Positions 22,064 to 34,280 of a DNA stretch of 51,872 nucleotides are shown here, one piece after another. The notes below the pieces were generated by a model that saw only the letters and a program-made list of their open reading frames with translations, was not told where the DNA came from and did no database searches. This DNA comes from Nemertoderma westbladi. Taxonomy: Eukaryota; Animalia; Xenacoelomorpha. Numbering within the stretch: position 1 is the stretch's first letter; the number at the start of each line of letters is the position of its first letter. Location: positions 1 to 51,872 of the forward strand of contig JAUCBJ010001343.1 of assembly GCA_032718475.1 (NCBI GenBank), given 5' to 3'. The position numbers and the translations under genes were made by a program.

Positions 22064-25000
22064 TGTGATGTTTTTAGTTCTTGGTATAATATAATATAAC
22101 GTACAGAAACATATAGAACAGAATACACCGATATAATAATATGCCTGCCTAGTGACTTCAGTACTATGTAGTATATACACTGAGCAGTTGCACCTGCTTT
22201 TATGCAAAAAGCCCCAACTGAATGGAACATATAAAATGTTCTCGATCGGAAAAAATGCTCTATCCAATAACAACTGTCCAACATGTATATGGGGCGAGCC
22301 ACATAATAATACTGCACTATCTGCATATGGGGCGAGCCATATGCTTGTAAACCACCACCCAGGGACGGATTATTGATTTTCGGGCCCCCGGCAGTCCAAC
22401 TTGCCACCGTATGTATGTCATTACACACCCCTTCGAGCTCCGTATGTGTTTATAACCGCATAGGTGATTGACGATGCCATGAGGTGTATCAGCAAGTTTG
22501 GGGGCTGGTGTGGTTTAGTTTGGGGTCCCAATGTACAGTTTTGTGTGACTGGGCGGGGTCGACGTCCGCCGCAGTCATGGGACTAGTGGACATAGAGGTG
22601 TCCGGACCCAAAGTGTTGGTTCAGCCGCACTGGAGAGTGGTTTGGATGTGTCAACGAGGAGAAAACGTCGGTTTCTCATCACAGTACCGCCGGAGGGAGT
22701 TCACACTGTGTATCGCCGATTGGGTCCAACCTTGACCACGGTTACCTTGCGGTCCCAGCGATGTGAGTGGGGGTCCTGGTTGACTATGGGATGATGGACA
22801 GCAAGGGGCGGGAGATTGCGGGCCGACTTGTTGTAATCGGCGATTTGGGCAGCATGGAGCGGGGTTGCGAGTTTGTTTAGCCGGTGACGCGTGGCCTGGT
22901 GATCCGCCGCAAAAGCACTGTGATGGGCGGGAATGCGGGTCCACAGGGGGTAACCGTACACCACCTCCATCTCCCGAGGGCTATTCCGGAGGGCTAGTAG
23001 ACCCTCGGTGAATGCGGATGAGTCAGGGCGGCCTCCTGTTTTATCTAGAAGTCCTTTGAGCGCCTTCACGGCCGCTTCCGCGTGTCCAATACCCTGTGGG
23101 TATTCCGCGGATGAGGTAACCGGGGTAACGCCCACTTGTTGAGGAAGGTGGTTGTAGCACGGGCGGTCAGGGGGCTACCGCCGTCCGACCGTAGATGGGT
23201 TGGGATCATGTAGCGGGTAAACCATTGTCGCAGGGTGGCGATGGTTGGGAGTGTGGATGGATGACACGAGAAGGTGTGTAGGTCTGGCCACCCGCTGTAC
23301 TGGTCAATGAGAGCGAGATAGAGGCGGCCATTCAACTGGAAGAAGTCGGCCGAAATGTCCTCGTATATGGGGGTCGGTAGGGGTTCTTTGAGGAAGGGTT
23401 CCTTCGGTAGCGTAGCGCGGTGGCGCACAGTGGGCCAGAGTTGGCCAAAATACCCCAAAAGTGACTTGTTTAATTTTATCTGAAAACTAGCCTATGTTGA
23501 AGATTGTATTTCCAAACATGGAAAAAATATCTTCGATTTTAAAAATTCGTCTTGTTTCACAAGATATAGGACCAAAATTTCAAAATTTTGGAAATTTTTT
23601 TGAAAAAAAAATCAAAAATTTCAAAACAAAATAATTTTTTTCAAGAAATTGTCAGAATTAAAAAATTTTTATTTTCAAATTGTTGTAAATGTCGAGCTGA
23701 ATGCGAAAAATACACTTTTGAGTCGTTCAAAGGAATATTAAATGATTAGCATAAGATAAACTTCATATTGCTACCAAAAAATATCATATTTCAAAATTTG
23801 ATAAGCTGCATGTACTGAAGGACAGTTGGCGACAGAGGTCCGTATGTTATGGGTCAGGCCCGGCCAATAGACGCACTGTCAGGCCCGACGGAGGGACTTA
23901 TCAACACCGTGGTGAGGGGTATGGAGCCGCTCTAAGGTGTTAGCTCAGGACACTATGGGAATGACGAGCCACTCCCCGTAGAGGATGAGGTCGCCGTCGG
24001 TGGAGAGGGAGTCGCAGGGCCCAGTATGCACCGACAGCGGGTTCGCTGCAGGTACTGGGGGGAAAACCGACGAGGACCGCCGCGTGAAGAGACATGTAGA
24101 TGGGGTCAGCGCGAGCAACTGCGTCCTGTGGAATAGGTTCCACAAGGTGGTCATCCCCAGAGATGGCCGAAATCGTGGTGATGGAATGGAGACAGTACAC
24201 TGTCTCGCCATAGTATACGAGGTCGTCAAGTGTCGGCTGGTTTACGGGTGACCGGGACAGGGCATCGGGAATGGCGTGAGATTTGCTCCTGCACCAGGAG
24301 GTAGTAAACTGGTATGGCGCCAGCTTGGACCACTATAAGTTCCAATTCAATAGTTGCGTATATGTGCAATACTTGCCCGTGGTGCTGTAGAAGGGCGTAG
24401 CCGAACCCATTGAGCCAAGAAGCGTCAGTTGTGACCTTCGTGTCGGTGGAGACGTCAAATGGGGCCAGAACCGGGGGTGTAGTGGCGTTGAATGCGCGAC
24501 TGTGGTCGGTTGTCCAGATGTATGTCGATTCACCGATAGGAGCGGGCATAGTGGTAGGAGCATCTCGGATATCTCGGATGAGAAAGGAGCGAGTTGTTCT
24601 ACGAGCCCGATGAAACTTCGGAGATCGGATAGAGTTTCTGGACGAGGGAAGGAGGCTATAGCGGAGAGTTTGGCGGGGTAGGCGTGGATGCCGTCCGTCC
24701 CGACCAGGTAGCCGCCAAATTTTACCTGGGATTGGGCGAGCTGCACTTTACCGGGTTGCAGGCAGATACCTTTTTTCCTGCAGCGTTCGAGGAAACGGTG
24801 GATGGACACCAGATGTTCCTCTAGTGTGTCATCGTAGATTAAGACGTTGTTGACAATCTTTATCATCCAAGGAAGTCCCTCAAGTGCCACGTCGCCCTGT
24901 CTGTTAAACTCATCTCTGGAAGAAATAAGGCCAATCACACTCTGAGTGTGTTTGTACCGCCCCCATGGCGTGACGAACGTCATCAGCAGCAGGGACTCAG

Positions 25001-27560
25001 GGTCAAGGGGGACCTGCCAGTATCCATGGGTGGCGTCGAAGACTGAAAAGTACTTTGCAGTCCGCAAGATCTCGGCGATTTTTAGACGGGGGTTCGGGTA
25101 GTATGGCCTCTTCACTTGGGAGTTCAGGCTGCGCAAGTCCACACAGAGGCACAGTTTTCCGCTTGGCTTGCATGTTACGGTAAATGGGTGGGCCCAGCCG
25201 GTGGATTCTTCCACGCGCTCAATAATATAGCGGCGTTCTAGATCGTCGAGAAGAGTTTTTACTTTGTTGCGAAGTATGATGGCGATGGGTCGAACACCCT
25301 TGACATGATAAGGCGTCACACCCTCCTTGAGTACAATATGCCTCATGCTACCAGGGATGGTTGGCAGGGGGGTTGCTTCATCGTCGAAAACGTCCCCGAA
25401 AGAGTTTAGGAGGTCCCTGGCCGAGGACCCCCGCGCCATCTGCGCCCATGGGTGATTCCGAATTCATCTCGCGAACTGTAGCCAAAGAAATCGGGAGAAC
25501 CACGGCGGGCTTGAGGAAACTTGATGGGAGTATCGCCAGGTCCATGCAAACCGATTTGCTAAGGATCAGTCCATGCGTCTCTGGAGAGATAACGATCTCC
25601 ATTGTAGCGGAATTTTGGCCGGAGGAGATGACAGCGGGTAGATGACCGCGAGTTTGTATCAGTAGACTGTCGGCCGCGATGAGATCCATGCTGGAGGAAG
25701 GGAGTAGATCCTTCCCAACTCCATCCAAGTTGGTGAAACAAGTCATCATTCAGGAGTGTATCTGCCGCGCCGCTGTCCGGAATCGCGCATTTTATCATGC
25801 CGAGTCGAATACCAGTAGTGGAATTAGTGAGGGTTACAGCGAGGTAATCCAGTTTGCATATGCAGTATTCTAAGGGGTTGATTGAGTTGCAGTAAAGCAC
25901 CGTGTTCGCAGAAAGGGGTTTCTTCGAGGATCTGTTGGATTGGTACACCTTTCGGAAGTGCCCCCTTCTTGCTGCAGCCATCGCAGTTAACTTCATGGGC
26001 AGGGCATGCAGATTTGTCGGAGTGCTTTACTTGCCCACAATTTCTGCAAGTGTGGGTGCGATTGTTCCCAAGCCCTTTGGAGGAGGATCTCCCAGGATCC
26101 TGGGAACCGGTCGAGGGGGTGTCGGAGCACCCTGTCGCATTGGAAAACGGCCGCCGCGCTGTTTGTATTGGGAGATTTTAGAAACTGAGTGCAAACTCCC
26201 TAGTACTTTGGTGTTTTTAGCGCTGGACTCCCAGTTCTGGAAGATAGTGCGAGTTTCTTCAAGTGAGGGCCGGGGTAGTAATTTCAGGAGTTCTTGTTGA
26301 GTCTTGGTACAGTACAGCCCAACAAGTATCTGAGTGAATATCTGGTTGTCCCGGCACTCCGCGAACAGTTCACCGAATTCGGTGAGATGTTACAATGACC
26401 TATAGAAGTCATCGAAAGTATCGGTAGCGCCCTGGCAGCTTCTGTGGAATTGCATGCAGTCGAGAGCGTTGATGCGTTTACCGCAGAGGTGTTGCTGCAA
26501 CCCGTCGAGAATCGTCGCTGTGTCCACCTCGCCGTTGTCCGGATCTAGTTCCAGGGTGTAGCGGACAACGTCGTGTAGGCCTGATCCCATGGCGGTGAGG
26601 AGTGTGTAAACTTGTTCGCTGCGTGGGATTGTTTCTGCGCTCTGGCGGCGGAAATTGCCGTCTCAACTGTCCCACCAATGGCGGAAAGCGGGCAGTTCGA
26701 CCAAAGTATCAATGCGGTCTAGATTTCTGATATCTATAGTGCGACGACAAGTGGGGGCCACCTGTGGGGGATCGGGTTGTCCTACAGGATTATCGGCGAA
26801 GTGCGGATGGCCGAGGTGGGTGAGAATGTCCGCTAAATGGCGGTTGGCAGCCGGTCGTTCTTCCCAATGTTCACGTTGCTGCTCTTCCAAATGGCGGTTC
26901 GCGTTTTCCTGTTGCTGCGCCATGAGTTCCAGGAGTTGCACCATGCTGGGTTGGCCACAGGTAGCCGCGTCGGTTTCCTTGAAGCGGGCGGGTGTATCGG
27001 CGATTCCGAGTGTTGAGTTTCTTGCGAATCGTTGCATCGGATGTTTTCGATGTCATTGGGATACTGGCGTCAGCACAATACTGAATCAGTTTCCAACAAC
27101 CCAACATCGCGATCTCGGTGGGGGAGAGGTCCGACAAGCAAGGTTCCTCAGCGGAGGAAGCATCGGAATCCGCCATCGTATCAGCACTGAAGAGCACTCG
27201 CAGCACTTAGTTCTTGGTATAATAAAATATAACGTACATAAACATATAGAACATAATAGACCAATATAATAATATGCCTAGTGACTTCAGTACTATGTAG
27301 TATATACACTGAGCAGTTGCACCTGCTTTTATGCAAAAAGCCCCAACAAAATGGAACATATAGAATGTTCTCAATCGGAAAGAATGTTTTATCCAATAAC
27401 AACTGTCCAACATGTATATGGGGCAAGCCACATAATAATACTGTACAATCTGCATATGGGGCGAGCCATGTGTTAGTGAACCACCACCGTATGTATAGAA
27501 CCGACTGCATATGGGGCGAGGCAGATGCTTGTAAACCACCACCATAAGTATGTCATTACA
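22064..27560 (-). mobile_element. Decayed full-length Mag-like Gypsy LTR retrotransposon
   Basis: LTRs ~27207-27560 and 22064-22425 (minus-strand TGTAATG...CATCACA). 5-bp TSD CCTTC at 22059-22063 and 27561-27565. PPT GAAGGGGTG. Fragmented gag/PR (DSGA)/RT (FDATHGYWQV)/IN (SDGG, GHAEAAVK) ORFs collinear with the 12214 polyprotein. Confidence 0.93.
23426..23816 (+). mobile_element. Truncated AT-rich DNA-transposon end, Transib-like
   Basis: Abrupt AT-rich insert splitting the Gypsy integrase zinc finger (ANCPS | RHRATLPKEPF). Begins CACAGTGG. No matching right end or TSD seen. Confidence 0.6.
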
Positions 27561-29981
27561 CCTTCACAGTAGACATGTACAGAACGACAAGAGTACCACA
27601 AGAAATGAAAACAAATAAGTTGGTGCCAGTTCCCAAGAAGGGCAACCTAACACTCTAAGGTTCTTTTCGGAGAATCACCTTGATCTCGATTGCTGCAAAG
27701 CTATACAATATAATTCTATTGAATAGCATCAGGGATCCCATTGAGAGACTGCTCCGTGGAAATCAGAATGGGTTCCGTAAAGGTCGTGGGAACATGGAAC
27801 CCGTTTTGGAACTTAGAGGGATAATTGAAGAGTTATCAAAAAAGAAAGACAGGCATCTGGCAGTTCAGTTATCTTTGTTGAATTCTTCAAGGCTTTTAAT
27901 TCAGTCTCGTCTGTTCAGCATACTTTTATTGTATGGGATTCCTGATGAAATTATTGCAGTAATCAGATCAGTATACGATGGTTCGACAACATTTGTGTCT
28001 ACTGTTTATGGTGACACAGAACCATTCGATGTGTTAAGGGGAGTCCTTCAGGGAGACACACTTGCGCAATTCTTGTTCATAACTGTGGTTGACTATGTTC
28101 TATGCATGTCCTTATGATAACTCCACCTTCTGGCTGCAGAAGTCGAGGAAATCCTGCCAAGTACCTAACTGATCTCGACTTTGCTGATGACTTAGGAGTA
28201 CTCTCAGAATCACTAGAATTAGCCCAACGGCCCCTCAACTCATTAGAACAGGCTGCTTCTCTATTTATTAACTCCAAAAAGACTAAAATTTCGACTGTTA
28301 ACTTTGAAAGTCCTCAGCAAGACTCTGACCGGATGAGCATAAGCTCAAAGGATGGCATGCTTGAGCATGTGGACGATTTCTGTTACCTGGGATCATGGAT
28401 CTGGAAGTGAGATGAGGACCTTCGAATACGTAAGGGACAGGCATGGGCAGCCTTGAATGGGCGTGCCAGGATTTTCAGGACATTCATAAGAGTACTACGC
28501 TGGGTTCATTGTGTCAAGTACAATGCACACAGCTCCAACCAGACACTATATACCATTGGAGGTGTCTCATTGGTTCCCCCAAGCTTGACACAAGAACAAA
28601 GCACCTCCGCTTTGCAGGACATTGCTTTCGCCATGAGGACCAGCCAGTGAATAATCTTGTGCTTTGGTGGCCTCATGGAGTGAATAAGCATGGTGGACAG
28701 CCAATGACTTTCTTGAGACGCTTCTAAAAGGACACTGGCCTTGCAGATGCGGATAATCTAGCAAATGCCATGGGCGCAATTTTGTCGACAAGCCGGCACA
28801 GCATTCTTAATATATATGTAATATATATATAATGCATCTGCAATGCAGCATGCCGATCCTAGTAGTAGTTTCCAATATTCTCAGGTATTGTTCAGCTCAC
28901 CTCCTTCAGTAATGGCCACGTAGACTCTCCGAGGGTATATGGACACAGGCTGCCATGACCATGTAGCCCCTCCGATGGGCACTGTACATGTACAGTAGGT
29001 GTTGTAGGACTACTGGGGCTCAGGCAATGCTCTCTGCACCCCAATCGCTCGGGTATGACTATGACAATGCGAATGTGTAGCACTTATGTACGTATACGTA
29101 CTTATACTATATATTGTACTATATATTAGTACTTATAAATATGTACGTAGGTTGTGCGTGCAGTCCATGAGGGCGGGTGTTAGTGGTACATTTTATATAA
29201 GTCGATTGGTTTCCAGACGTAGCAATATAAACTCATTGAAATTTAGACGTTATGACCCTTGCGCTTGCATATGCAGCTGCACTTTGCTATGCAACTAAAT
29301 TTTAAGCCTTTAACCTCTGTATTTTACTGGACTGTGAGGAATGCAACACTGGACTTACCATTCGACAGTAATAATAAATCCGTAGCACTCTACAATGGTC
29401 TCCGAATGGACAGGTGTAATATTAAGATCTCATCAAGGCATTCTCTTCTGGAGAGATCTCATTTATAAAACACCTGCCTTATTCTTAGACATAGTAATTT
29501 ATTATATATCTCTCAGAAAATTATTTCATTAGATTAAATGTGAAATATTGGCCAATCTTTTGTTTACACAAATATAATTTTCAAAGTACAAAATCTAAAC
29601 TTTGAACTATATTCCGAAATCGTATTTATGTAAGTAGATTATCACGCATTCACACAATAATTATCCTGTGTTAAATTAATGTATTAATTATTATAGGTTG
29701 TTCATTAATCACTACAGTAGTATTGTATACAGTAATCTCGCCGAATTGTATTAAATGTAGGTAACAGAGCAATCTGCAATTTTAAAAATCTTATAATACC
29801 TCGTTATATTATTGATTGAAAAAAATACCAAATTAAAAAAGTATGTATATCTCTTATGTTTTAACATCCGATTCATGAAATTTATTTAGCAATAATAAAA
29901 AAATAAAATAATTAATTATTGAACTACTCTTATATTATTATTTATTACAGTTTAATATTTAATTAGCCAAGGTTTCCAATT

Positions 29982-30819
29982 ATGGGTGCGTGTTGTGGAA
30001 AAAATCGTCAGGGTTCATTTTCCCCAACTGGTAATGGACAAACACCGATTGTTGATGCTGAATACACGAAAAATGCGGATGAGAGTAAAAAGAAGGATCT
30101 TCTGTTAAATAATATCGAGGTAGAAGGGACTGATGATGGACCGACTGTCTGCACGCTCGAAGTGGCCAATGATGATAAAGAAGAAAAAGTGCGGATAAGT
30201 AACACGGAATATGTTACAATGTCCCCGGCATCCGATGAAACAAACGTGGAACCACTTCCAACGAAATCAGGAGAAGATGAAAGTAAACTCGCCGAAATAA
30301 AAGTATCTGAGGAAGATTCAGTTAAAACTGAGGATCCGAAATCCGTTGAAACGGCACTGGTCAATGATGTAGACGAATCCGCAGAATATGATATCCCACG
30401 AAAAGGCATCGCTGATGGTATAGAACTCATTGAAAAAGTGAACACCGATAAAGATATCTCTGATAAAGATAATACTTCTGAAGATATCCCTGATACAGGA
30501 CATTGAAATCAGTGCTGGTACAGATAACACAGAAAATGGAGAAATCAGTGGAATTGGTGATGACATCAATGACGAAATTTGTTTAATACCGAAAGGTGAT
30601 GATGGCATCGCAGGAGCAAAAGAAGCAGAGAGAGAAGAGTTTGTATTTGTACCTGTGGAAGATAAAAAAAGTGAAGAAAAAGATGATATTGAAGATAAAA
30701 AAAGTGAAGAAAAAGATGATATTGAAGATATTCAGATTGTAAATGCAAAAGGTGACATTAGTGACACCGAGAATGATAAAGCTACTCAACCTACTGTAAC
30801 TACTATAGAAAGTGATTAA
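29982..30819 (+). CDS. Acidic, probably disordered protein with N-terminal MGxCC acylation motif; one frameshift near 30497-30500
   Basis: Acceptor-like TTTATTACAG at 29941-29950 lies just upstream of the ATG. ORF 29982-30506; the D/E/K-rich sequence continues in the +1 frame (DIEISAGTDNTENG...EDKKSEEKDDI twice...TIESD*) to TAA at 30817-30819. Confidence 0.7.
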
Positions 30820-31849
30820 CATTAATCAAAATGCATTTGACTGCAGTGTGCCTGGCAAAATATTGTGTGTGTCATCCCCTGTTCAGTACTAACGGCAAGA
30901 CAAACGTGTTAAATATTTATCTATTGATTGTTGGGCATTTATTATAAGGTGTCGAACGATTTTGAATTTTTTAAAACAATCTTCCCAGTTATTCACGCTG
31001 TTCGAATTTTAAGTCTACCCGGTGAATCATGTATTCGCATTTTGGGAAACATTTTATCAGATTGTTCGGCACCTTGTATTAATTATTTCATTCTCCAACT
31101 TCTGTGACGTGTTTAAAGGTTTTTCTCCCATTGAAGCTGGCGAACACGTACCTCTACTATTACAATTATTAGTTTACCGATAATATGAAATAAACAATTC
31201 ACTTTTTCAATGAACTCAATCCATCATATGCGATTTTCTTTCGTATCGATCTTTCAGTTGTGTAACTTAGATATAAGCGGTGCGTGTGGGTGCCAATAGA
31301 GGAGACGAGGCTCATGCGAAAATCGAACCCCAATTGAAATTATTAGGTTATACTGTAGGGAGCGGGGGGGGGGGGGGGGTCGTCACAGAATAATGATAAC
31401 AATGTATACCTACGACTTAATGCTATTCCGAATATGAAATAGATGTTTTGCGAGATACTAATTAGTATTATACAGTAGGCCTATTGTACATACTGTAGGT
31501 CTATCATTTTCATGATAAGTTTCACAAAAGAGACCCATTAGAGTTAGAGGAAAAAAATAAACACTTAAATTATCATTTAATTTTTCTATAAGTGGCATTC
31601 GTAACGAGGACTAATTCGTAACGTAATGCAACTGCAGATATGTAGGAAATGTTTTTGAGGCCGGTACAATTGTGAATAATAAATAACACGTCCCATCGAC
31701 ACATTTTGCACTATAATTATAAAAAAAATTAATGCACTGACATTGGTGTCACTGATCGCCGTCATCAGTTTAAGCTGAAAAAAATCAATGTAGGCCTACA
31801 CTAGATAGTAGTCTTTGTGGGCATGGTTTCTTATATATAGAATAACCTA

Positions 31850-34280
31850 CGTCTCTAAACCTAACCAGGATTACCTTTCCATGAGGATCACTGTTGACAT
31901 TCGTGAACGCTCAAAATTATGCATGGATTCCTTCTGGCCAAACCACATACAGTGCCATGAATGGCACAGCCACGCATTCTTTGCTGATAGTGGTCCCCCA
32001 TACGCAGCCAATCAAATCACAACCGCGTTTTTAGCAGTAAACATATCAAACCCCCTCAACACCCTCAACAGTCCAACAATCAATACACCTTCAAGGCACC
32101 TTCAACAGTTGTGGATTTACTTCAAGAATCAATTATGTATCCAACATGCTATTATCCTTAGACATACTCGCTGTACAGGATCATTGGCTAGATGGCATGC
32201 AAGGTAAAGAATGGCTTCACCCTCTCAATAAAGAGTTCGAATGTGTCTACTGCATATCCAACCTCATGAATAACCCAAATAGTGAAAGGGGCGTCGCACT
32301 TTGGTTTAGGAGGAACACATTTAGTAATGTTTCAAAAATCTACTCTGGCGACGACATAGTCGGTATCAGGACTACTGTACGCGGCTATAACACACGCTTA
32401 CTTTCTTATCCACTTGCGCACGCACCAGACTCCAGCAAACCCGTGGCTGTATATGATAAATTCCTTGGAAGACTCAATACATTACTAGACATGAACAAGG
32501 ACAAGGACACCATACCCATAGTCCTAGCAGACATGAACGCTGACATAGGTCTGGGACAAGGGCCCCGATTGCTCCGTGAAACCGCCACACCCAGGGGAAT
32601 AATCTTACTAGATTTTCTTTCTTCTAAGAATCTCCACGCAGCAGACACATACGATAACTTCCCAGGACCAGCAGTGGTTGCTTCCGCCATGGTAACGTTC
32701 CTGCATTCTTTGGGGAAACAATAATAACAAGCGCATTTAAAGGTAAACAGTGTGATCCACTGGTTGCCACATCATACAGTACCAGCCCATCGCTACAGTT
32801 TCAGTATTCTCGAAGATAATGCAGTCCATCATACTTAGGAAGTTTTTCTCCCCTGCAGACTTTACACCACAGTCCCAGTTTGCCTACCAACCCAAGATAG
32901 GATCCGACCTAATCATCAGCACCTTACTCGAACACCTCGAGCATCGCTGTCGGAATGGCCATATAACTTACCAATGTCAACTGGACATCAAATCCGCCTT
33001 TGACCACATCGATTACTGCACCCTATTCCATAAATTGAAAGATCATCTTAATCCACACATCTTACTAGCACTGTTGGCAACCTACCGCTTCACCACTGCA
33101 TTTTTAGAGTTTGGGACCAAGATAGACGCCACAGGCATCACCCTCACTAAAACAAGGCTCCCTACTTTCCCCAACCCTTTTCATCCTCTACACCAGCGAT
33201 GTACTTAACTCACTCAAAAACAAGGGGTCTGAAGACAGATAACACCGGGCTGGTGTCATGGCATACGCCGACGACATCCTCACCATTGGCAAATCCACCA
33301 CAGAGATCGAGAACTTAGTGGACACGATCAGAGCAACGCTGAGCAACATACAGCTGGACATTGAATCAAGCAAAACTAAATGGACGTCTTTCCTGAGCCT
33401 GAATAACAACAGGTCCCACATACCAACCTTCCTAAACCTGCACGGCAACATAATCCCACGCACTCAAGTACTGACATTTCTAGGATGCAAAATCAACCTC
33501 CCTACCAATAAATTCCACAGCGAATGCACCCAAACCATTGCCTCTGTCGCTGAGGCATTTCATAACCAACCTGGGCTGGACGACACGCTGGCTCCCAATT
33601 CCCACTTTGGGCTACCTCTGGCGAATAATCGGAATCCCCACAATCTTACATACAATCAAATTCCTGGTAGGAGCCCTCACAACCGACCAGTGACTGAAAC
33701 TAGACTCCAATTTATCGCAAATCTTTATGAGGGTAATGCATCTAGGGCGCTACGCAAGTAACGAGGTAATTTATGGCCTCCTGCACTGTAGATCCATCTC
33801 CATCTTCACACCTGCATCGGGAGTATCATGCGTTCCACCAAATGTCCTAAAGAGTCCATCCAGACCACTCTCCAAACCCACCTCCCACTAAACTGTAACA
33901 CAAATTACAATGGACTCGGCGGAACGTACAAGGAATGCCAGTCACTCTTCCCCATGCCGCACTTCACATCACTGCTGAATTACAACTACAACAAATCAAT
34001 GCCTACTGCGAGATTGAACCCTGTTTCCACATCGGTCCGCGACAGTAATTCTATCAAACTGTTACAAAAGTAGATCTATCCCCTTTCATCAAAAACATGA
34101 CTGCATACTAGAATATTTCAATGTCAACTAAGTCTCGCTGGAAATCACCCAAACCACGATGGGGGTCGACTACCACTTCACCAACAAGAACTACCATAAC
34201 CACATGGACTACCCAGCATGCCATCTCCTAGCTGACAACCGTTCACACATTGTTCCTCTACATGTTCTGTACAGTAAAGT
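31850..34280 (+). mobile_element. Decayed non-LTR retrotransposon (L2/CR1-group-like): ORF1 end, AP endonuclease, RT
   Basis: ORF1-like SFWPNHIQCHEW; endonuclease DILAVQDHWL, RGVALWF, ADMNAD; RT QFAY, LDIKSAFDHI, AYADDI, TFLG. Many stops and frameshifts, and an apparent deletion between EN and RT. Boundaries approximate. Confidence 0.8.

Larger units (their letters stand above)
21690..28870 (+). mobile_element. Decayed RTE LINE (same family as 5338-6647), split by a Gypsy insertion into 21690-22063 and 27561-28870
   Basis: 5' piece reads SQAWKSIN...WKAHFEKLLN...ISFAEVKAA. After the Gypsy it resumes LVPVPKKGNL...ITLISIAAKLYN...GVLQGDTLA...DLDFADD. Same CCGATCCTAGTAGTAGT end as the first copy. 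Stops and frameshifts present. Confidence 0.9.
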
